DNA from: Lama guanicoe
Lineage: Eukaryota
DNA: 64,000 nucleotides
Direction: 5' to 3'
Assembly: GCA_013239625.1 (NCBI GenBank)
Contig: MU054220.1
Span: 2,293,374-2,357,373, forward strand
Every line of letters starts with the position of its first letter. The first letter of the stretch is position 1. A model generated the notes under the pieces. That model was not told the origin of the DNA. It ran no database searches and saw only the letters and a program-made list of their open reading frames with translations. The position numbers and the translations under genes were made by a program. Of the stretch, positions 59,659 to 64,000 are shown piece after piece.

Positions 59659-60121
59659 GATGTGTGTTTTTTCCAATGCTAGCAAGCATTTCTCCAGTTC
59701 TCAGCTGACACTGGGTGTCCTACAAATTTAACTCAATTCTGAGTTACTAGCTTAAGTTTAAAAGAGGCTTCCTTTTATATATATGATATAATATAATATA
59801 TTTGTAATATTTATTTATTTATTTATTTATTGAAGTATAGTCAGTTTACAATGTTGTGTCAGTTTCTGGTGTGCAGCAGAATGCTTCAATTATTTATGAA
59901 CTTACATATATTCGTTTTCATATTCTTTTTCACCATAAGTTACTATAAAATATTGAATATAGTTCCCTGTGCTATACAGTATGAACTTATTGTTTAAAAA
60001 GAGACTTCTTTTGAATGACATAAGACTATCACTTGGAAATTTCAAGGTTTTTAGGAGCACTGTGCCAGGAATGGGGACAAAGACCAAATATGTGTTTCTT
60101 ATTATAAATCACAGTATCACA
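59659..60121 (-). mobile_element. MER21-like LTR fragment
   Basis: Reverse start tgtgatactgtgatttataataagaaacacatatttggtctttgtcccc...ggcacagtgctcctaaaaaccttg. Confidence 0.7.
59772..59990 (-). mobile_element. Lineage-specific L1 3' end inside the MER21-like LTR
   Basis: ttgaagtatagtcagtttacaatg...atagttccctgtgctataca; imperfect TSD gtttaaaagaggcttc / gtttaaaaagagacttc. Confidence 0.85.
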
Positions 60122-61689
60122 CCACCTCAAAATTTGTGGCTTAAAACATTAATAATTTGTTATTTCTCACAGTCCTGTGGGTTAGGAACTTGGGCAGGGC
60201 AAGTTTGGTTTGTTCTTCTGCCCTGTGTTGCATCAACTGATGTAACTCATTTGTCTGCTTTCAACTGGTGGTTGGGCTGGGTTAGAGAGGGCAACAGGGT
60301 TTCAACTCATTGGTCTGGCAACATGATAGCCTTCCATGTGGCCTCTGTCTCTCTCCAAGGTGTATATTATCATCCAAGTCTGTCTTTCTCAGTGGTACAT
60401 CCTGAGTTTCCTTACAGCCTGGTGGTTGGCTTCTGAGAGTGAAAGTGGTTGCTGCCAGGCCTAGAACTGGCACATCATCACTTCTGCCACAAGGTCAGCC
60501 CAGATTAAAGGGGAGAGAAATCTGTTCTTATCTCTTGATAAGAAAAGAGTGGAAGGAATTGATGGCAACTGTCTTTGGAGAGAATCTGTCACAGGTAGGT
60601 AGACTAAGTCATGGAGAATTCTAATTTGAGACCAACTTCAGCAGGGAAGGGAAATCACTAGCATATGTGTCTGCCGCGTGGATGAGAAAGGGTTGGTCTG
60701 GCCTGAGACTGCACATGAAGACTCCTTTTTTCCTCTTCTCAGTTGTGTCACTGTCACATTTCATGTTTGATGAAGGGGTATGCACAGATGTGACAGAGTA
60801 TGCTCAGTCACATCCTTTGTTGATTTTATTTTTTGAGATTTATGTTCCATCTTAGTTGCCAGACAAAAGTAAATTTACTGTGGCAGCTATCTTTATTTCC
60901 TGATAGGTAATTTTTCTTATTTTGATGGAGTTGGTAGGTTTCTGGGGTAAATACATAGTAGCTAAATTTCATGATATAGTCTTATTTGGTACTTCATCAA
61001 ATTCAGGGTTATTTCTGGTTAAAGGTTTTGAAGTCCTCTTTTCTCTCAAAAACTATGTAAATAGATTACTATAAAAGGAGTGAGAATTTTTTTCATTTTT
61101 CCTCAGCATTCTTTAATTTCTTGACCTTTAAGGAAATAAACATTAAAAATATAAAACAAGTTGATTTCTAATTGATAATATAAAGTAGTGAAACATAGAT
61201 TGGGGGCCGAATACATGTGAGACTAGTACATGAAACAGGAGAGAGACCACATAGGAGGTTTTATCTCAGGCATTAGGGAGTTCTCTGTAGTAATGAAGTA
61301 GCTAGGGTATGGAGCCAGACACCTGGATTTGAATTCTGAATCCACCACTGACAGTGTGACTGGTTCTCTTAGGGCCTCATGTACCTGAGGATTGTAAATG
61401 AGTTATTTTATGTAAAGTGCTAAGAACAGTGGGACATGAGAAGCGCTATGAAAGTGTTAGTTATTATTTTAACTATTATCTTGAGATTTTGTTATTTTTC
61501 ATTTTTTTAAATATAAGATTTTTTTATATGAAATGCTTTGGAGAGCTTTGCAGTGGACAGTCTCATTTGGCTTAGAAGAATTTGTCTGATTGTTTATAGG
61601 ACTTTGTGGCCTAAATTTTTTTCTTATTGCCATTCTGTAATTCCGCACCACAGAACAAAATTATTTTGGTATAAGCATTGGATTTATAT

Positions 61690-61890
61690 AATATCAAGCA
61701 CTTTAAACTTGGTAAATCTTTTAATCCTCATGGTAATCCTGTCATATACATACTCCCTTTTACAGATGAGGAAACGAGTACAGGGAGGTTAAGTAACTAT
61801 TCCAAGAAACCTTCATGTACCAAGAAAATGACAGAGCTGAGATTCAATTGGCCAGTCTGATTTTAGGACCCGTATATCACTATACTATGC
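61690..61890 (-). mobile_element. MIR SINE
   Basis: ttttacagatgaggaaac...gaggttaagtaact reverse core. Confidence 0.75.
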
Positions 61891-63029
61891 TATCTCTGAT
61901 TTAGAAATTTTGGATAAAAAAATTAAATAAACACTACTTAAAGTTTCTCTATCTAGACTTAACGGCAGTTAGCACTTTGGCATATCCTAGGTTATCCTTT
62001 CATAGTCCACACACAGTAGATACACAATTCAGGGAACAGTTGAAGTTTTTGTGCTTCCAGGTGTGTTTGTCTTCAAAATGTGTTACCTGTTTACAGTTCT
62101 AGATTTGTGATGCTTTGCCCCAAATTTCTTGCCCCCCTCCAAGTCAAGACTATCCTAGGAGTCAAGCAAGAGCTGTATGGAGACAGGAATGGTTGCTGCT
62201 GTGGTGCTTACATTTTGGACTTGGAGCCTATATGGTGTCATTTGAAGTGTCCTGAAGTGCCCTGTAGAAAGTCCTGTTAATGGAAACAGAGCTGCCAGTT
62301 GTGTAAAACCCTGTGTATTCCACCCACGTGGAGTTTCTGAAGAGTACTGGGCCACTTTTAGGCCTCTAATTAAAGGCCTGACATTTTGCAGTTAATTTTC
62401 CAGTTGTTGGGAGAACATTACTTATGCAAGTGATCCTACATTTAGTATTTAAAGGATTTTTTTTCTTTTAAAGAGTTAACCTTGGGTTGAATCCTGTGTG
62501 TTACTTTGGGATATATGTCAGTATTACATGGCTGATTTGATTCTTAGACTTTGCTTACGTGGGCATAGTGAAGTGGGGAGAGATGCAGTTACTCGAATAA
62601 ATGAAGTAATTTGACTCCATTTTAACAGTCCATTCCAGGTCTAATAATTTTCTGATTCACACCCCTGGAATGCTATTGGTAGGGAGGATCTTGGGTTTGA
62701 ATTATTAGTCAGGTTTTATAGATACAGCTCTAAGTTGTTGGTTCTTTTTTTAATTCACTTTTTATGTAAAAGTAACCCAAATCTCATTTAATTATTTTTG
62801 CCACACAAATGAATACTTTTCCTGAGTACTTTTTACTTTGTTGTCTGGTCACAGCCTTTGAAGTATTTCTTAGAAATCTGCTCCTCTTGGGAACTGTGGC
62901 ATCTCAGGTCTCAGGGGTTTTAGTTGGCCATATTGTTTGGTGAGGGAAACTATAGTGAACCCCGAAGAGAATTCAGTAATAATGGCAACAATAACAGCAG
63001 CAGTGTTCATCATTCACCACTATTTCTTA

Positions 63030-63150
63030 CTGGAGCCTCACAACAGCCTGGTGAAGCAGATGCTGCAATTCCTGTTTACAAAGGAGGCAACTAAGTCTCA
63101 GAGAGGTTAAGTAACTTGCCCAAAGTCATATTGCTAGAAGGTGGAGTAAA
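63030..63150 (-). mobile_element. MIR SINE
   Basis: ctcagagaggttaagtaacttgcccaaagtcat reverse core. Confidence 0.75.
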
Positions 63151-64000
63151 ATTGCTGTCATAAGATGATCAAATTGTAAAGGCAACCTGTAAATCTAACT
63201 TTTAGTTTCCACTAGGTTGTGCATACTCTCTAGGTGATTTTTATTAGGGGTTGTTAAATATAATTACATCCTAGAGTTAAGCTGAGAAAACCTTTCAGAG
63301 TGGTTTCTTCCCATCTTTTTAGAGTGATCAGTCATGTTATGGATGGAGGTTGGTTAGAAATGGTGTGGAATCTTGGCATTTGTATTATATACATATACCC
63401 TAGTTTGGTTCTATGTGCACAAGGCTTTTGGTGATTGAGAATTGATCTGGGGCTGTGTAAGAATATCACAAAGACTGTTCTTGGCACCCTTTATCCCAGT
63501 CTGGTTTAAGGGACAGATTGGGAAACTTGTTTCTTCCTGCTTTTTGAAAAGAGGAATGAAAAAATACACTTGACTGGCACTTCCTCCTCAGCGATAGGCC
63601 TGCCTGACTGCAGTTTGATTTAGCTCCTTTTGTTCTTTATGGAGAACAAAGTAAAATTTCTTCTCAGGTGGCTGTAAGGATTATATCAGGAGAAGTCCCT
63701 TATCCTTTTAAGGAAACAGCAAATATTTTTCTTCAGACAAAAGGGAGACTGTGCAGGTGTTTCAATCCCTTTGACTTCTTGGCATCAGTCAGACTTTCTC
63801 TTGTTTGAACTATTAGTGTGTTGAGGTCCCTGGGAGTTGATAGACAAGCCCTTTGGTGATACTGAGCTTTAGTTTTTAGTTTTCTTGGTAACTGGTATTT
63901 GTAGCAGCTCTTTCCTCATCCTTCTGATTCCTGTAGGAACTTGGGATTGCATCACAGTTTTCTGAATCATACGATGTTTGTGACCTATATTTTCTTCTTC

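Larger units (their letters stand above)
59489..60591 (-). mobile_element. MaLR LTR (MLT1G/H-like), split by nested insertions
   Basis: atctattgctgtac...accacctcaaaatttgtggcttaaaaca...ctttggagagaatctgtcaca. Confidence 0.7.

Noticed and set aside
60439..60624. ORF starting MKVV, like the AMBRA1 N-terminus
   Set aside because: It starts at GTG, lies within an MLT1 LTR and diverges after four residues; coincidence
1..64000. CRISPR arrays, operons, rRNA, snoRNA/snRNA or mitochondrial insertions
   Set aside because: None recognised by eye in this eukaryotic intron-rich window; an Infernal/Rfam scan would be needed to exclude small RNAs formally

Overview
Mammalian genomic DNA, most likely camelid (Vicugna/Camelus), judged from about 14 copies of a tRNA-Ala-like SINE matching the camelid Vic-1 type and no recognisable Alu, Bov-tA, PRE-1 or SINEC. 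The window holds the conserved ATG13-HARBI1-AMBRA1 block. (1) The 5' part of ATG13 lies on the minus strand: five coding exons of the N-terminal HORMA domain at 496-5693, plus probable 5'UTR exons near 14.2 kb and 25.3-25.6 kb. (2) A CpG-island bidirectional promoter lies at about 25.0-26.0 kb. (3) HARBI1, a domesticated Harbinger/PIF transposase, is complete on the plus strand (CDS 26741-27410 + 31869-32248, 349 aa, acidic catalytic-type residues intact). (4) A second CpG island at about 39.1-39.8 kb with a non-coding first exon is assigned to AMBRA1 by synteny only; about 24 kb of intron follows and no AMBRA1 coding sequence is in the window. The rest is repeat-rich intron (L1, L2, L3, MIR, ERV1/MaLR LTRs, Tigger/hAT MITEs). 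I found no convincing wholly new gene system. The best leads are: upstream/overlapping ORFs in the leaders of all three genes (including a splice-acceptor toggle in ATG13 and a signal-peptide-like uORF in the AMBRA1 leader); back-to-back splice donors in the shared promoter; a four-level nested insertion at 50-52 kb containing an orphan retrocopy and an apparent L1 3' transduction; a 5'UTR-3'UTR fused mini-L1; and local templated duplications. Repeat family names come from my recollection of consensus sequences, and repeat boundaries are approximate.
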